A stretch of 64,000 nt of DNA from Parvularculaceae bacterium (GCA_041740755.1 JBGSLM010000197.1:2999-66998), one strand, 5' to 3'. Positions 40,540 to 51,721 are shown, counted from the first letter of the stretch. The notes: a model not told the origin generated them from the sequence alone. Translations and numbers: made by a program.

Positions 40540-42425
40540 TGACCATCCGCGAACAACGCATCGATCTGCGTTTGATTGATTTTGACGCCGGCGTCCGCAA
40601 CGATTGTGTCGGTAAACGCGTCAACCAGCTCCTGCCCGAGCTGACCGCCGACATATTGAGCAAATGTAGAGATATCGTCAGGGCTGATCTTGGCTGTGTC
40701 ATAGGCGATGGCGTCGATCGTCACGACGATTTGAGCGTCGCCAATTGAAGCGGGGCCGGAAATCGCTTCCCCTTTTGCGGCGGTGAAAACCTGTTCAAGG
40801 ACCGCAGCTGAGAAAGTCTGCCCGGCGCTTCGACGGGAAACGGTCTCGACAATTGGCGCGCGGTTCAGCGGCTCCGCTGCTTCTTTAAGCGACTTTCCTT
40901 TTTCAACTGCGTCACGAACCGATTTTACGATGGCGTCCAGTCGTGCGTCCCTGTCTGATTTTGTCCAGCGGGCCAGCACTTCATCAGCAACCCGGTCATA
41001 GGAAATCGGGGCAGGGGGCGTCACTTCCGTAACCGCGACAAAGAAGTATCCGGACTTGTCCGCTAACTCGATCGCGTCGGTTTCTTCCCCTTCTTCGATT
41101 TTGAACGCTTCTTGAAGAACGTCGCCTGGAACGCCGGCAATGATCTCGCCGCCAGAGCCGAAGCTATATGAGTCGATAGGCCCATATTCGATTGCGATGG
41201 TTCCAGCTTTCGAGGCGGCGTCGGCAAGCGATGCGCCGGTGTCGCGCTCGTTCTCAATGGCTTCGATCGTGTCGAAGAGATTCTTTTTTGAATCCCTGGA
41301 TTGCGCCTCTGCTTCAATTTCGAGTCGGACCTCTTCGAACGGCTTAAGGCTGGAAGGCGTGACCGAGACAATCTGGGCGATTGAAAAGCCGAATACGCCT
41401 TTGATCGGCCCAACGATCACCCCGGCTTCGGACGCTCCAAAAACCGCGTCTGCGACTTTTGGGTCGACAATGTCGCGCTTTTGAAGCTCGGTCAGGGTGA
41501 TTTCCGCCAATGCCTTGCCGTTTTCGCTCGCAATCGCTTCGAACGGACGCCCGCCCTTCAGCGCCTCGCTTGCAGCCTTGGCTGCATTCTCGTCCTGAAA
41601 TGTAATCTGATAGATTGTGCGCCGTTCGGGCGTTTCATATCTCGATTTGCTCGCCTCGTATGTTTTGAGGAGGTCTTCCTCAGAGACGGCCTGAAGATCG
41701 ACGTAATCGCTGTTGCGAAGGATAATCGCCGAAAAGGTGCGGTACTCCGGCGCCATGAACTGCGCAGAATTTTTCTCGTAATATTCTTTAAGCGCCTCAG
41801 GCGTCGGCGCCGGCGCTGCGCCCGCCATATCCTCGGTGATTGTCAGATAGCTCACCGTCCGCATTTCGGTTTCCCGCAGGACGAGCGAGTCAACAAACGC
41901 CTTGGGCGCAGGGCCGCCTGCGCCGACAGCCGAAATCAGCTGATTGCGAAGCATGTCGGACTGCAGCCGGTCCTCGAACTCACGGATGGTGTAATTGTAT
42001 TCGCGCATGATGCCGGTCAGGGCTTCATTGTCGAACTTGCCGGTTCGCGGATTTTTGAACTGCTCATTGGTCTGAAGGAACTCGCGAACCATTTCGCGCG
42101 GCATCGAAAGGCCCATCTTGTAGGATTCCTGATCGAGCGCCGACCGCGCCGCGAGCGACTGAACGATCTGGTTATAAGCCCCGGCAGCGATCGCGGCTTC
42201 GCGGTCGAACTCGCCTTCATTCGCAAGCCGCCTGTTGGTGACGAACCTGTCGAATTCCTTTTGAACCTCCAGAATGGAAACGCCCTGGTTCCCCACCTTG
42301 ACCGCGTGGTTCTGCGAGAACTGCCGGACTTCGGGGACTCCCCATGCCGCGAATGCGATAACCAGAGGTACGGCGATGAGCGACGCGACGACACTCTTCA
42401 TCGTCCCGCGAATTTGCTTCAGCAT
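40536..42425 (-). CDS. ppiD: PpiD/SurA-N-domain periplasmic chaperone
   Basis: N-terminal TM (FAAWG), SurA_N-like and rotamase-like regions (PEYR, PERR). Usual position between tpiA and trpE. Confidence 0.82.
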   Translation of the reverse strand: MLKQIRGTMKSVVASLIAVPLVIAFAAWGVPEVRQFSQNHAVKVGNQGVSILEVQKEFDRFVTNRRLANEGEFDREAAIAAGAYNQIVQSLAARSALDQESYKMGLSMPREMVREFLQTNEQFKNPRTGKFDNEALTGIMREYNYTIREFEDRLQSDMLRNQLISAVGAGGPAPKAFVDSLVLRETEMRTVSYLTITEDMAGAAPAPTPEALKEYYEKNSAQFMAPEYRTFSAIILRNSDYVDLQAVSEEDLLKTYEASKSRYETPERRTIYQITFQDENAAKAASEALKGGRPFEAIASENGKALAEITLTELQKRDIVDPKVADAVFGASEAGVIVGPIKGVFGFSIAQIVSVTPSSLKPFEEVRLEIEAEAQSRDSKKNLFDTIEAIENERDTGASLADAASKAGTIAIEYGPIDSYSFGSGGEIIAGVPGDVLQEAFKIEEGEETDAIELADKSGYFFVAVTEVTPPAPISYDRVADEVLARWTKSDRDARLDAIVKSVRDAVEKGKSLKEAAEPLNRAPIVETVSRRSAGQTFSAAVLEQVFTAAKGEAISGPASIGDAQIVVTIDAIAYDTAKISPDDISTFAQYVGGQLGQELVDAFTDTIVADAGVKINQTQIDALFADGQ

Positions 42426-42599
42426 TGGTCGGTCCAGTTCCGTTTGGGGAGGCTGGCGGGTCGCCGCGCCGTCCGAAAAATCGGCGTCAACCTAGTGGCG
42501 TCGCTCAATTAGGACAAGCGGCGGCTAACCTGCCGATTTTCTGGACAAAAACGCGACTTTCGCCTACCCGAAACCGATGTGCAGGCTTGGAGAGCCAAG

Positions 42600-43316
42600 A
42601 TGAAGCCGCTGATCGCCGGCAACTGGAAAATGAACGGCCGTTCGGATTCCGCCAGGGAAATCGAAAAACTGATCGGCCTCTTTGCCGGGGCGATGCCCGA
42701 CGACCGCGAGATACTGGTCTGCCCTCCCGCCACGCTTGTTGGGTTGTTCGCAGCCGAATTCAGCGATGAAGGCGTCGCAATCGGCGGCCAGGACTGCCAC
42801 CCGAAAGCATTCGGCGCCCACACTGGCGATGTCAGCGCAGAGATGCTCGCCGACGCCGGGGCGGCCTATATTATTGTCGGGCATTCGGAACGCCGCGCCG
42901 ATCACCACGAGACCAACGAATTGGTTCGCTCGAAAGCGGAGGCCGCGTGGCGGGCCGGGTTGACACCCATCATTTGCGTCGGCGAAACCGCAGACGAGCG
43001 TCGCGCCGGACGCGAAAAGGAAATTGTGAGCGGCCAGCTCGCGGGATCGATACCGCATGGCGCGGACGACTACGTCATCGCCTATGAACCGGTCTGGGCG
43101 ATTGGCACGGGGGTGACGCCGACCCCCAAAGATATCGCCGAAATGCACGCGTTCATTCGGACGAATGTCAGGGACGGCGTCAGGATTCTTTACGGCGGTT
43201 CGGTCAAGCCTTCGAACGCAAAGGAAATTCTCTCAATCGCTCATGTTCATGGCGCGCTCGTCGGCGGCGCAAGCCTGAAAGCGGAAGACTTTTTCGCGAT
43301 CATCCAGGCGGCTTAG
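42600..43316 (+). CDS. tpiA: triosephosphate isomerase
   Basis: [30 protein letters not shown] and LVGGASL. Confidence 0.97.
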   Translation: MKPLIAGNWKMNGRSDSAREIEKLIGLFAGAMPDDREILVCPPATLVGLFAAEFSDEGVAIGGQDCHPKAFGAHTGDVSAEMLADAGAAYIIVGHSERRADHHETNELVRSKAEAAWRAGLTPIICVGETADERRAGREKEIVSGQLAGSIPHGADDYVIAYEPVWAIGTGVTPTPKDIAEMHAFIRTNVRDGVRILYGGSVKPSNAKEILSIAHVHGALVGGASLKAEDFFAIIQAA

Positions 43317-43326
43317 GCGAGGGGCG

Positions 43327-44301
43327 ATGCGCATGACGGGGCTCTTTGCAGTTGTAGCCGTCATCGCCGCATTGGTCGCAATCGGCGGATGTTCGACATG
43401 GCGGGCGGAAAAGATGTCGCCGCCGATTGGCGCATTTGTGACCGTCGAAGGCCAGCGACTGCACGTTCTTGATCTTGGACCAAAGAACTCGGCGGAGACG
43501 CCGGTGGTCCTGATCCATGGCGCTAGCGCTAACCTGCGCGACATGAAATTGGCGCTTGGCGATCAACTTTCACGAACGAGAAGAGTGCTTATCTTCGACC
43601 GGCCGGGACGCGGATATTCTACCCGGCCCGATGACGGCTGGCGTCTGGAAAGACAGGCGCAGCTCATTCATGACGCCGTTGAAATGCTCGGGGCGGAAAA
43701 GCCGATTGTCGTCGGCCAAAGCTTTGGCGGCGCCGTAGCCCTCAGATACGCGCTTGACCATCAGCAGGATATTTCTGGCCTCGTACTGCTTGCGTCCGTC
43801 AGCCACGAATGGCCGGGCGGCGTCGCGTGGTACAATAAAGCGTCAGGCTGGCCCGTGATTGGCGAATTGCTGCGAAGGATCGTGATCCCGATTTACGCGC
43901 CAATCGCCGCAAAAGGCGGCGTGCTCAAATCTTTTCTGCCGGATGAAGCGCCGGAAGGGTATTATGAGAATTCCGGATTGACGCTTTTGTTCAGAGCGAA
44001 GGATTTCCGGAACAACGCCGCTGATCTGAGGAACCTCAAGCCGCAGATTATCGAGATGTCGGGCCGCTATCCGAGCATCAAGGTTCCAACGGCGATCGTC
44101 ACGGGCGCGGATGACGGAACGGTCAGTCCGACTATTCATTCGGCCTCGCTCGCGAGGGAAATATCCGGCGCCTATTTCGAGGTGATTCCCGACACGGGCC
44201 ACGCTCTGCATCACTCTCAATCGGCAAGAATTATCGAGGCGATCAATCTTGTGGCCAGGCGAGCGCAAGCAGAAGAAATAAGCCGGACCGCCGCTCAATA
44301 A
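43327..44301 (+). CDS. alpha/beta hydrolase with N-terminal hydrophobic leader
   Basis: IHGAS, DRPGRGYS, GQSFGG, GADD and GHALH. Confidence 0.9.
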   Translation: MRMTGLFAVVAVIAALVAIGGCSTWRAEKMSPPIGAFVTVEGQRLHVLDLGPKNSAETPVVLIHGASANLRDMKLALGDQLSRTRRVLIFDRPGRGYSTRPDDGWRLERQAQLIHDAVEMLGAEKPIVVGQSFGGAVALRYALDHQQDISGLVLLASVSHEWPGGVAWYNKASGWPVIGELLRRIVIPIYAPIAAKGGVLKSFLPDEAPEGYYENSGLTLLFRAKDFRNNAADLRNLKPQIIEMSGRYPSIKVPTAIVTGADDGTVSPTIHSASLAREISGAYFEVIPDTGHALHHSQSARIIEAINLVARRAQAEEISRTAAQ

Positions 44302-44375
44302 CGGCGGATGGAGCTTTCCTGCGGACCCGATAGCGCTATGATCGAGTAAAATCAGAAAAACGAAAAGGGCGGCTC

Positions 44376-46196
44376 ATGCGTATCATCGGCAAAATTTTGG
44401 GCGGGTTGCTGGCTTTGGTCATAGTGGCGCTGGCCGGCGCTTCAGTGTGGTTTTGGTTTTATCCTGTCACCGTCAACAACGCCGTCAACAAGTTCACGGC
44501 GGAATTCGCGATGGAGACGCCAGAGCTCCTGACCGGGCTTGGCATGATCGACAATACGCCGCTCGATTTTCACAGCGGAAAGCTGAGCGCTTATACAAAA
44601 GAGCAGGATGACAAAAACATCGCCCGGTTGAAAAAGGCGCGGGAGATGATGAACCGGTTCGATCCTGAAAAGCTCAAAGGACAAGAAAAGCTCAGCTGGG
44701 AAATTTCAACCTGGTTCCTCGACGACATCATCGCACAGGCGGAGTTTGAGTATAGCGGCTACCGCGTGAACCAGATTTCCGGACCGCTTGTCGATCTGCC
44801 CCAGTTTATTACCGACACGCACGTCATCAAGAACGAGAAAAGCGTCAAGCGCTATATCTCGCGCGTAAAAGAATTCGGCCGCGTGCTCCGTGAAACGAAG
44901 GCGCGCGTCGAAGATGATCGCGACCATGGCGTGACGCCGCCTGATTTCGTCATCGCCAAGGCGATCAACGGAATGCAGAACTTCATTGAAGGCGGCGCGG
45001 AGAAAAATCCGCTGGTGACGACGCTTCCCGCCAAGCTCGACAAGATCGAAGGATTGTCGGCGCAAGCAAAGGCCGACTATGTCGCGCAAGCGACCAAAGC
45101 CGTGAATGATGAAGTCATTCCCGGTTACGAAGCGATGATCGCCCTCTTCACGGAGCTGGCGGCGTCAGCGACGCATGACGCCGGCATCTGGCGCATTCCG
45201 GACGGCGACAAGATTTACGCCGCTGCGCTGCATTCGAATACGACCACCGATCTTTCCGCCGACGAAATTCACGAAATCGGGGTGTCCGAAGTCGCCCGCA
45301 TCGAAGGCGAAATGGAAGCGATTTTGGTCTCTCAGGGCCTAACCGAAGGCGCAGTTTCCGACCGCGTAAAGCAATTGATGGCCGACCCGCAGCATGTCTT
45401 TCCAAATACGGATGAGGGCCGCCAACAGATGCTCGACTACCTCGTGCAGCTGAACACTGACGTGATGGCGAAGGCCGGGGATTATTTCATCACCCTGCCG
45501 CCGCAGCCGCTCGAAATTGTCCGCGTGCCGGAATATTCGCAGGATTCATCGCCGGGCGGCTATTACAACCCTCCGGCGCTCGACGGGTCGCGTCCCGGCC
45601 GGTTTTACATCAACCAGAAGAACACGGCAGACAATCCGCGCTGGACGCTTCCGACTTTGCTCTATCATGAAGGCGCGCCGGGACACCATTTCCAGCTCTC
45701 GGCGTCGCAGCTGATCAAGAACGTGCCGCTCCTTCGCAAAGTCTCGCCATTCAGCGCTTATTCAGAAGGATGGGCGCTTTATTCCGAACGGATCGCGAAG
45801 ACCGACATGAACATGTACGCGACCGATCCGCTCGGCGATCTCGGCCGTCTGCAGGCGGAAATGTTCCGCGCGGTGCGGCTTGTTGTCGATACCGGCATGC
45901 ACGCCAAACGCTGGTCGCGGGAACAGGCTATCGCCTACATGTTAGAGAAGACCGGCAACACCGAAGATGAAGTGACGCGTGAGATTGAGCGCTATGTCGT
46001 GTGGCCTGGTCAGGCGACCGCCTACAAGACCGGACAGCTTGCGATCTTGAGAATGCGCGCGCGGGCGGAAGCGGAACTTGGCGACGCCTTCGTGCTGAAA
46101 GAGTTCCATGAGCTCGTTCTCGGGAACGGCGCGATGCCGCTCGGCATTCTCGACAAAACGGTCGATGAGTGGATTGAACAAAAGAAGTCGGCCTAA
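44376..46196 (+). CDS. DUF885 family protein, N-terminal membrane anchor
   Basis: HEGAPGHHFQ, YSEGWALYSE, RLVVDTGMH and PGQATAYK. Confidence 0.9.
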   Translation: MRIIGKILGGLLALVIVALAGASVWFWFYPVTVNNAVNKFTAEFAMETPELLTGLGMIDNTPLDFHSGKLSAYTKEQDDKNIARLKKAREMMNRFDPEKLKGQEKLSWEISTWFLDDIIAQAEFEYSGYRVNQISGPLVDLPQFITDTHVIKNEKSVKRYISRVKEFGRVLRETKARVEDDRDHGVTPPDFVIAKAINGMQNFIEGGAEKNPLVTTLPAKLDKIEGLSAQAKADYVAQATKAVNDEVIPGYEAMIALFTELAASATHDAGIWRIPDGDKIYAAALHSNTTTDLSADEIHEIGVSEVARIEGEMEAILVSQGLTEGAVSDRVKQLMADPQHVFPNTDEGRQQMLDYLVQLNTDVMAKAGDYFITLPPQPLEIVRVPEYSQDSSPGGYYNPPALDGSRPGRFYINQKNTADNPRWTLPTLLYHEGAPGHHFQLSASQLIKNVPLLRKVSPFSAYSEGWALYSERIAKTDMNMYATDPLGDLGRLQAEMFRAVRLVVDTGMHAKRWSREQAIAYMLEKTGNTEDEVTREIERYVVWPGQATAYKTGQLAILRMRARAEAELGDAFVLKEFHELVLGNGAMPLGILDKTVDEWIEQKKSA

Positions 46197-46202
46197 CTCG
46201 AC

Positions 46203-47402
46203 TTAATAAAACAGGAATGGGCGGCGATTCTCCGCCCATTCCATTTCATCCTTAATCGTCAGCGCATCGAGGTCAGCGGGAGCAGCCGTTTGGTCATCGA
46301 CCCACTCGCGCAAAACCGGCGAACCGTTGATGACATCGATCGCGAGTTTTCCGATTTCATATTCATAAGGAAAGTCTCGCCAAAGCGGATAACCGGGATA
46401 AAGCGACCGGATCGCCTTGAAGGCCAGCGCCTGAATACGCCATGGCTGGAACGCCGCGTGTTCATAGTTCGTTTCTGTATGAATCTGGACGCCCTGGCAT
46501 AATTTTCCGACATGTTTGTGGAACGTCGGTTCGAACCAGCAATCGCGAAGGATGCAGCCGTTCAACCAATGCGGCGCAATCGCCTGCATTTTAGCGAAGA
46601 CATCCTTCGCGTCTATGTCGGGCGCCCCGAAGAGTTCAAGCGGACGGGTCGTGCCGCGCCCTTCGGAGAGCGTCGTCCCTTCAAGCATCACCGTTCCGGC
46701 GTAGGCGCGGGCCATGAAGAGATTGGGCGCATTGGGGCTCGGATTGATCCATGTGCGCTCGCCAAGCGGCCATCCAAATCCGGGAGCCGCATCTGGTCGC
46801 CAGCCCTCCATCTCAATGACGCGATAATCGACATCGAGATTGAATGACTTGATGAACCAGCGCCCCATTTCGCCGAGCGTCATTCCGTGCCGCATGGGTA
46901 TCGGACCCGCGCCGACGAAACTTTCCCAACCCCTGCGCAGCGTCAATCCCTCGATAGGACGTCCTACAGGATTGGGGCGATCGAGCACCCAGACCGCCTT
47001 CTTGTGTTTCGAGGCGGCTTCAAGAACGTAGAGCAGCGTCGTCACAAATGTGTAGATGCGGCATCCAAGGTCCTGGAGATCGACAAGCATCACATCGAAT
47101 GTCGCCATCATGGCGTCAGTCGGCCGGCGGACCTCGCCGTAGAGACTGAATATCGGAATGCCATGGACCGGATCGTTGAAATCCGGAGATTCGACCATGT
47201 TATCCTGCTTGTCGCCGCGCAGGCCGTGCTGCGGACCGAACGCTGCGGTCAATTTGATGTCGCTGCACGCCGCAAGCGCGTCGAGCGAATGTGTGAGATC
47301 CTTCGTTACAGACGCAGGATGAGCAAGCAACGCAATGCGCCTGCCGGAGAGGGGCGCACGCAATGCCGGCTCCGCTAATAGACGATCAATGCCGAATTTC
47401 AT
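46203..47402 (-). CDS. DUF1343 / NamZ exo-beta-N-acetylmuramidase family
   Basis: FGPQHG, SLYG, DLQDLGCRIYTF, LDRPNP, RHGMTLGE and SEGRGTTRP. Confidence 0.9.
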   Translation of the reverse strand: MKFGIDRLLAEPALRAPLSGRRIALLAHPASVTKDLTHSLDALAACSDIKLTAAFGPQHGLRGDKQDNMVESPDFNDPVHGIPIFSLYGEVRRPTDAMMATFDVMLVDLQDLGCRIYTFVTTLLYVLEAASKHKKAVWVLDRPNPVGRPIEGLTLRRGWESFVGAGPIPMRHGMTLGEMGRWFIKSFNLDVDYRVIEMEGWRPDAAPGFGWPLGERTWINPSPNAPNLFMARAYAGTVMLEGTTLSEGRGTTRPLELFGAPDIDAKDVFAKMQAIAPHWLNGCILRDCWFEPTFHKHVGKLCQGVQIHTETNYEHAAFQPWRIQALAFKAIRSLYPGYPLWRDFPYEYEIGKLAIDVINGSPVLREWVDDQTAAPADLDALTIKDEMEWAENRRPFLFY

Positions 47403-47407
47403 CAGGA

Positions 47408-47947
47408 TCAGTCTTTCGTTAGCGAATGGACGAAACAGTCTGGATGGTGAAAGTCAGGTTTTGCATCCGGATGGGCGAGCGCCCAGTAGGATTTCTCGCC
47501 GCTCGCATCAACAATGATCGCCGACAGTCCCATTCTCCACGGCGTCAGCGTGCCAATCCAGCCGAGATCGAGCGTGACGCGCATTACAAACAGAGCGCCG
47601 CTTTTTTCCCATTTTATTTCGGGCGGGGGACATTCGAGCGCGGCGCTCATGCCTTCTCGATAGGCGGCAAAGCCGTAAGCGGCCCATTGCGTCGAAGGTG
47701 AGAAATTGAACTCGAAATACGCCCCGCCAGCGGCGGGCGCGATGAATGCTTCAAAACAGGTTTGCCGCCAAAGTCCGTCGGTTCGAGCAGGAGCCAATGC
47801 AGAGGGGATGCTGGCCGCAGCAATATCGCCAGCGACTTCGTAGCGGACGGAGAATACGTCCGACCGGTCAAGGCGGACGTCCGCCTCAATCTGGCCAATC
47901 GGACGGTTCGGCGATTGCGGGTGAAGTTTTAGCGCGAGGCGCGTCAT
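47408..47947 (-). CDS. DOMON-like domain protein
   Basis: DGLWRQTCFEAF, YFEFNFSPS, SYWAL and PDFH. Confidence 0.82.
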   Translation of the reverse strand: MTRLALKLHPQSPNRPIGQIEADVRLDRSDVFSVRYEVAGDIAAASIPSALAPARTDGLWRQTCFEAFIAPAAGGAYFEFNFSPSTQWAAYGFAAYREGMSAALECPPPEIKWEKSGALFVMRVTLDLGWIGTLTPWRMGLSAIIVDASGEKSYWALAHPDAKPDFHHPDCFVHSLTKD

Positions 47948-48106
47948 GAACAGGACCTTTAGGCGCGACCTTCACCGGATTCGACCGGTCTATGAATGGG
48001 CGGTCTTGGCGGCATTTGACCTCCGCCCGGGCCCGGCGTACAGAGCGCCCCTTCAATTCCTCTGGGTCGATAGCCATCTGCGGCGTGACCCCAAACGGAT
48101 CCGACC

Positions 48107-48574
48107 ATGCACGCAGTCCTGTTAACCGTTCATGCCCTGATTGTTTTAGCGCTGATTGGCTTTGTCCTTCTGCAACGATCGGAAGGCGGCGCGCTTGGAA
48201 TGGGCGGCGGCGGGGGCGGCTTCATGACGAGCCGGGGCGCGGCGAATGTGCTGACCCGCACAACCTCAATTCTGGCGGCGCTTTTCTTTGCGACGTCGAT
48301 ACTCCTCGCAATTACGGCAGGCGGGACAGAGCGCGACACCGACATCATCGAGGATCTGACTGGCGAAGCGGTAACGGACCCGAGCGCCCCGATTTCGACC
48401 GAAGACCTTCTGAATACGCTGGGTTCGGGCTCGACCAGCCCGGCTGCAGAGCCTCCTGCCGAATCAGCGGCGCCGCCGACTTTGGAAGCCGCCCCGGTTC
48501 CTGGCGCCGAAACCGTCACGCCCGAAGCCGAAGCGTCGGCCGAAACGCCGGCTTCTGAAGAACCCCAGCAATAG
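48107..48574 (+). CDS. secG: preprotein translocase subunit SecG with long acidic tail
   Basis: VLLQRSEGGALG and ANVLTRTT, two TM helices. Upstream of pyrG. Confidence 0.93.
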   Translation: MHAVLLTVHALIVLALIGFVLLQRSEGGALGMGGGGGGFMTSRGAANVLTRTTSILAALFFATSILLAITAGGTERDTDIIEDLTGEAVTDPSAPISTEDLLNTLGSGSTSPAAEPPAESAAPPTLEAAPVPGAETVTPEAEASAETPASEEPQQ

Positions 48575-48695
48575 ATAATTTCTTCCGGCAAACAGGCGCT
48601 TACAGGTGTGTCCTGAGCGATTGATTGTCGCGGAAGACGGTCACGGGCGAGAAAGCTGTTTGCCCTTTTCAAACGCGGCGCTAAGACGGCCTTCC

Positions 48696-50327
48696 ATGGC
48701 GCGGTACATCTTCATCACCGGCGGCGTGGTTTCCTCCCTTGGAAAAGGCGTTGCGGCGGCGGCTCTTGGAGCCCTCCTTCAGGCGCGCGGCTACAAGGTC
48801 CGCCTGAGGAAACTCGACCCCTATCTCAATGTCGATCCGGGCACGATGTCGCCCTATCAGCATGGGGAAGTCTTTGTGACCGACGATGGCGCGGAGACCG
48901 ACCTCGATCTTGGCCATTATGAGCGGTTCACCGGCGTTTCCGCGTCGCAAGGCGACAACATTACAACCGGCAAGATCTATCAGGGGATTATCGAGCGCGA
49001 ACGGCGGGGCGATTATCTCGGCGCCACCGTTCAGGTAATTCCGCACGTCACCGACGCGATAAAATCCTTCGTCACGTCTCCGGCGGGAGACGCCGATTTC
49101 GTAATTTGTGAAATCGGCGGCACGGTCGGCGATATCGAGGGTCTGCCGTTCTTCGAAGCGATCCGGCAACTCGGCAATGAATTGCCGCGCGGCGACGCAG
49201 TGTACGTTCACCTTACGTTGATGCCGTATATTCCGTCTGCGGGCGAGTTGAAGACCAAGCCGACCCAACATTCGGTGCGAGACCTCCGCGAGATCGGCAT
49301 CCAACCTCACATATTGCTGGTGCGCGCCGATCGGCCGATACCGGAAGGCGAGCGGCGCAAGATTGCGCTGTTTTGCAATGTGCGGGCGTCAGCGGTGGTG
49401 CAGGCGCTCGATTGCCGGACGATCTACGAAGTGCCGCTCGCGTATCACAACGAGCGATTTGACGATGAAGTCCTTGCCGCGTTCGGAATAAACGAGCCGC
49501 CGGCGCTCAATCTTTCGCGCTGGGAAGAAGTGGTTCAGCGCATCACCAAGCCGGACGGCGAAACGCGCATTGCAGTCGTCGGCAAATATACGGTGCTCAA
49601 AGACGCCTACAAATCGCTCATTGAAGCGATCAATCATGGCGGCATCGCGAACAATGTCCGTGTTGAGATCAAATGGGTCGACGCCCGCGTCTTTGACGAA
49701 GAGGACAAGGCGATTTCGGAGCTTGAAGATGTCCACGGCATTCTGGTGCCGGGCGGCTTCGGCGAGAGCGGCGCTGAAGGAAAGATCAAGGCCGCGCGCT
49801 TTGCTCGCGAACGCGAGATACCTTATTTCGGCATTTGTTTCGGCATGCAGATGGCCGTCATCGAAGCCGCGCGCACGCTGCTGAATGAAAAGAATGCGAC
49901 GTCATCCGAATTTGGGCCGGGCGGCAAGCCGATTGTCGGACTGATGACCGAGTGGGTGAAGGGCAACGACACAGAGCGCCGGTCAGCGAAGGGCGATCTT
50001 GGCGGGACGATGCGGCTTGGCGCTTATCCCGCGACCCTGAAAGCGGGCAGCCGCGTCGCGGAGATTTACGGAACAACGGAAATCTCAGAGCGTCATCGTC
50101 ATCGCTTTGAGGTCGATATGTCGTGGGCTGAACGTCTTGCGGCTGTTGGCGTTACATTCTCCGGAACTTCTCCCGACGGGACGCTGCCGGAAATCATGGA
50201 AATCGCCGATCACCCCTGGTTCATCGGCGTCCAGTATCATCCGGAACTGAAATCGCGGCCGTTTGAGCCGCATCCGCTATTTGCCTCGTTCATCAAGGCG
50301 AGCGTCGAGCGGTCGCGCCTCGTTTGA
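48696..50327 (+). CDS. pyrG: CTP synthase
   Basis: [39 protein letters not shown] and QYHPE. Confidence 0.98.
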   Translation: MARYIFITGGVVSSLGKGVAAAALGALLQARGYKVRLRKLDPYLNVDPGTMSPYQHGEVFVTDDGAETDLDLGHYERFTGVSASQGDNITTGKIYQGIIERERRGDYLGATVQVIPHVTDAIKSFVTSPAGDADFVICEIGGTVGDIEGLPFFEAIRQLGNELPRGDAVYVHLTLMPYIPSAGELKTKPTQHSVRDLREIGIQPHILLVRADRPIPEGERRKIALFCNVRASAVVQALDCRTIYEVPLAYHNERFDDEVLAAFGINEPPALNLSRWEEVVQRITKPDGETRIAVVGKYTVLKDAYKSLIEAINHGGIANNVRVEIKWVDARVFDEEDKAISELEDVHGILVPGGFGESGAEGKIKAARFAREREIPYFGICFGMQMAVIEAARTLLNEKNATSSEFGPGGKPIVGLMTEWVKGNDTERRSAKGDLGGTMRLGAYPATLKAGSRVAEIYGTTEISERHRHRFEVDMSWAERLAAVGVTFSGTSPDGTLPEIMEIADHPWFIGVQYHPELKSRPFEPHPLFASFIKASVERSRLV

Positions 50328-50374
50328 CGTCGCGGAGGCGCAATTGAATGAATGACGTTTTTCGCCCCCCCCAA

Positions 50375-50483
50375 CCGCTCATCCCGGCGAAAGCCGGGAT
50401 CCAGCGCGCGCTGAAATCGCGCAAACAAAAGACTCTGAACGCGCGGCTAAAGACTGGATCCCGGCTTTCGCCGGGATGAGCGG
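50375..50483. repeat. REP-like doublet: perfect 30-bp inverted repeat, each arm itself a hairpin
   Basis: CCGCTCATCCCGGCGAAAGCCGGGATCCAG (50375-50404) and its exact reverse complement (50454-50483). Confidence 0.92.
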
Positions 50484-50731
50484 GGAAGGAATTCATCTTT
50501 GTCTGTATCTCTTGCCAGCAATACCGCGAGCGCTCTGCCGCTCGCGAAACTTGCTCTGACGGCGCACTGGCGCGTCTGGCAAACGCTCCGACGCAAAGAC
50601 TAGTGCCCGGGCCGCCGCGACGCCACAATTTCGCCTTGCGGGCGGCGAATCCAATAAATTCGGGCTTGGCGACAATCGCCCGCTGTTGAGTGCGCATCGA
50701 GCCTTTAAAAACAGCCAAAGGAAGTGATCCG

Positions 50732-51262
50732 ATGAAGACCCAAGCTCTAGGCCCAATTAGATTCGACCAGATCGTCCGCCTTACGATCGCCGGCGCCGCT
50801 GTTTGCGGCATGGCGCTCGCGACCCCTGCAATGGCGCGCGATTCATCCGACCGCGACGTCGTCATCAATATCGGCAAGGACGGCGACCTCCTGAAACAGC
50901 TCATTGAAATGGATGCCGAAGACATCGCTGACATGCGCGCGGAAATGGCCGAAGCGCGTGCAGACGTCGCCGAAGCGATCGGGGACATTGAGGACGCGCG
51001 CCAGGAGGTCAAGGGAATTCCGGGCGGCCGCCTTATTCTTCGAATCGCATTTGCGTCGGCGCGCGCAGGCGCCACGACAGCAGTCGAAGAAGCGCTCACT
51101 GACGCGCGCACTGAAATCGACAGAGCAGAACGCGATCTGAGGACCGCAGAAGTAAGCGAAGAAGAGCGGGTGGAGACGCAAGGCGCAATCGACGTGCTTC
51201 GCACCGAACTTGATTCGCTTGAGGATTCCTTAAACGAGCTTCTGTCGGCGATGAGCGCCTGA
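50732..51262 (+). CDS. exported acidic coiled-coil hypothetical protein
   Basis: Signal peptide (..LATPAMA|RD), E/D/A-rich heptads. Followed by a terminator. Confidence 0.75.
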   Translation: MKTQALGPIRFDQIVRLTIAGAAVCGMALATPAMARDSSDRDVVINIGKDGDLLKQLIEMDAEDIADMRAEMAEARADVAEAIGDIEDARQEVKGIPGGRLILRIAFASARAGATTAVEEALTDARTEIDRAERDLRTAEVSEEERVETQGAIDVLRTELDSLEDSLNELLSAMSA

Positions 51263-51284
51263 GAAATTCAAACCTGGAAAATTC

Positions 51285-51318
51285 AAAGCGCGGAGAGCAA
51301 ACCTCTCCGCGCTTTTTT
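51285..51318 (+). terminator. intrinsic terminator, probably bidirectional
   Basis: AAAGCGCGGAGAG-caaac-CTCTCCGCGCTTTTTT between convergent genes. Confidence 0.85.
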
Positions 51319-51364
51319 GCGCGCCGTGGCCCGTGTCAGTTTCACCGTGTTCGAGATTGACCGA

Positions 51365-51721
51365 TCAACCGCGATCATTAAGCTTTGCAGAGAAGAGGCC
51401 GATCCAGCCGATTATTGACACTGCGCCGCCGATCGGCACCAGAATGATAATCGGCGGTCTAAGGCCCGTAAAAATGATGAAATAAAGCATTGCACAGGCA
51501 ATCGCGGTCCCTGCGGCGATCAAGCTTGCGCAGATCCGCGCGCGGGTCGCGAAGGCCAAGATCATGAGCGCCAATCCCTGAATCGCCTGCCAGGCGCCGC
51601 CGACCTTGGCGAGATCAAGCGCATGGGCGTCGAGCGCGTCGCGCAGCGGGTGGAGCGTAAGGAACAAAATCGTCGCCCCGACCATTCCGTGGACTATGCC
51701 GGCGACCCACGCAAACCGCAT
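51365..51721 (-). CDS. small membrane protein, DUF423-like
   Basis: Four TM helices and the C-terminal VPIGGAVSIIGW motif. Confidence 0.7.
   Translation of the reverse strand: MRFAWVAGIVHGMVGATILFLTLHPLRDALDAHALDLAKVGGAWQAIQGLALMILAFATRARICASLIAAGTAIACAMLYFIIFTGLRPPIIILVPIGGAVSIIGWIGLFSAKLNDRG

Noticed and set aside
48340-48574. Long acidic Pro/Ala/Glu tail on SecG
   Set aside because: Low-complexity C-terminal extensions are common in alphaproteobacterial SecG, and no DNA palindrome was seen in it.
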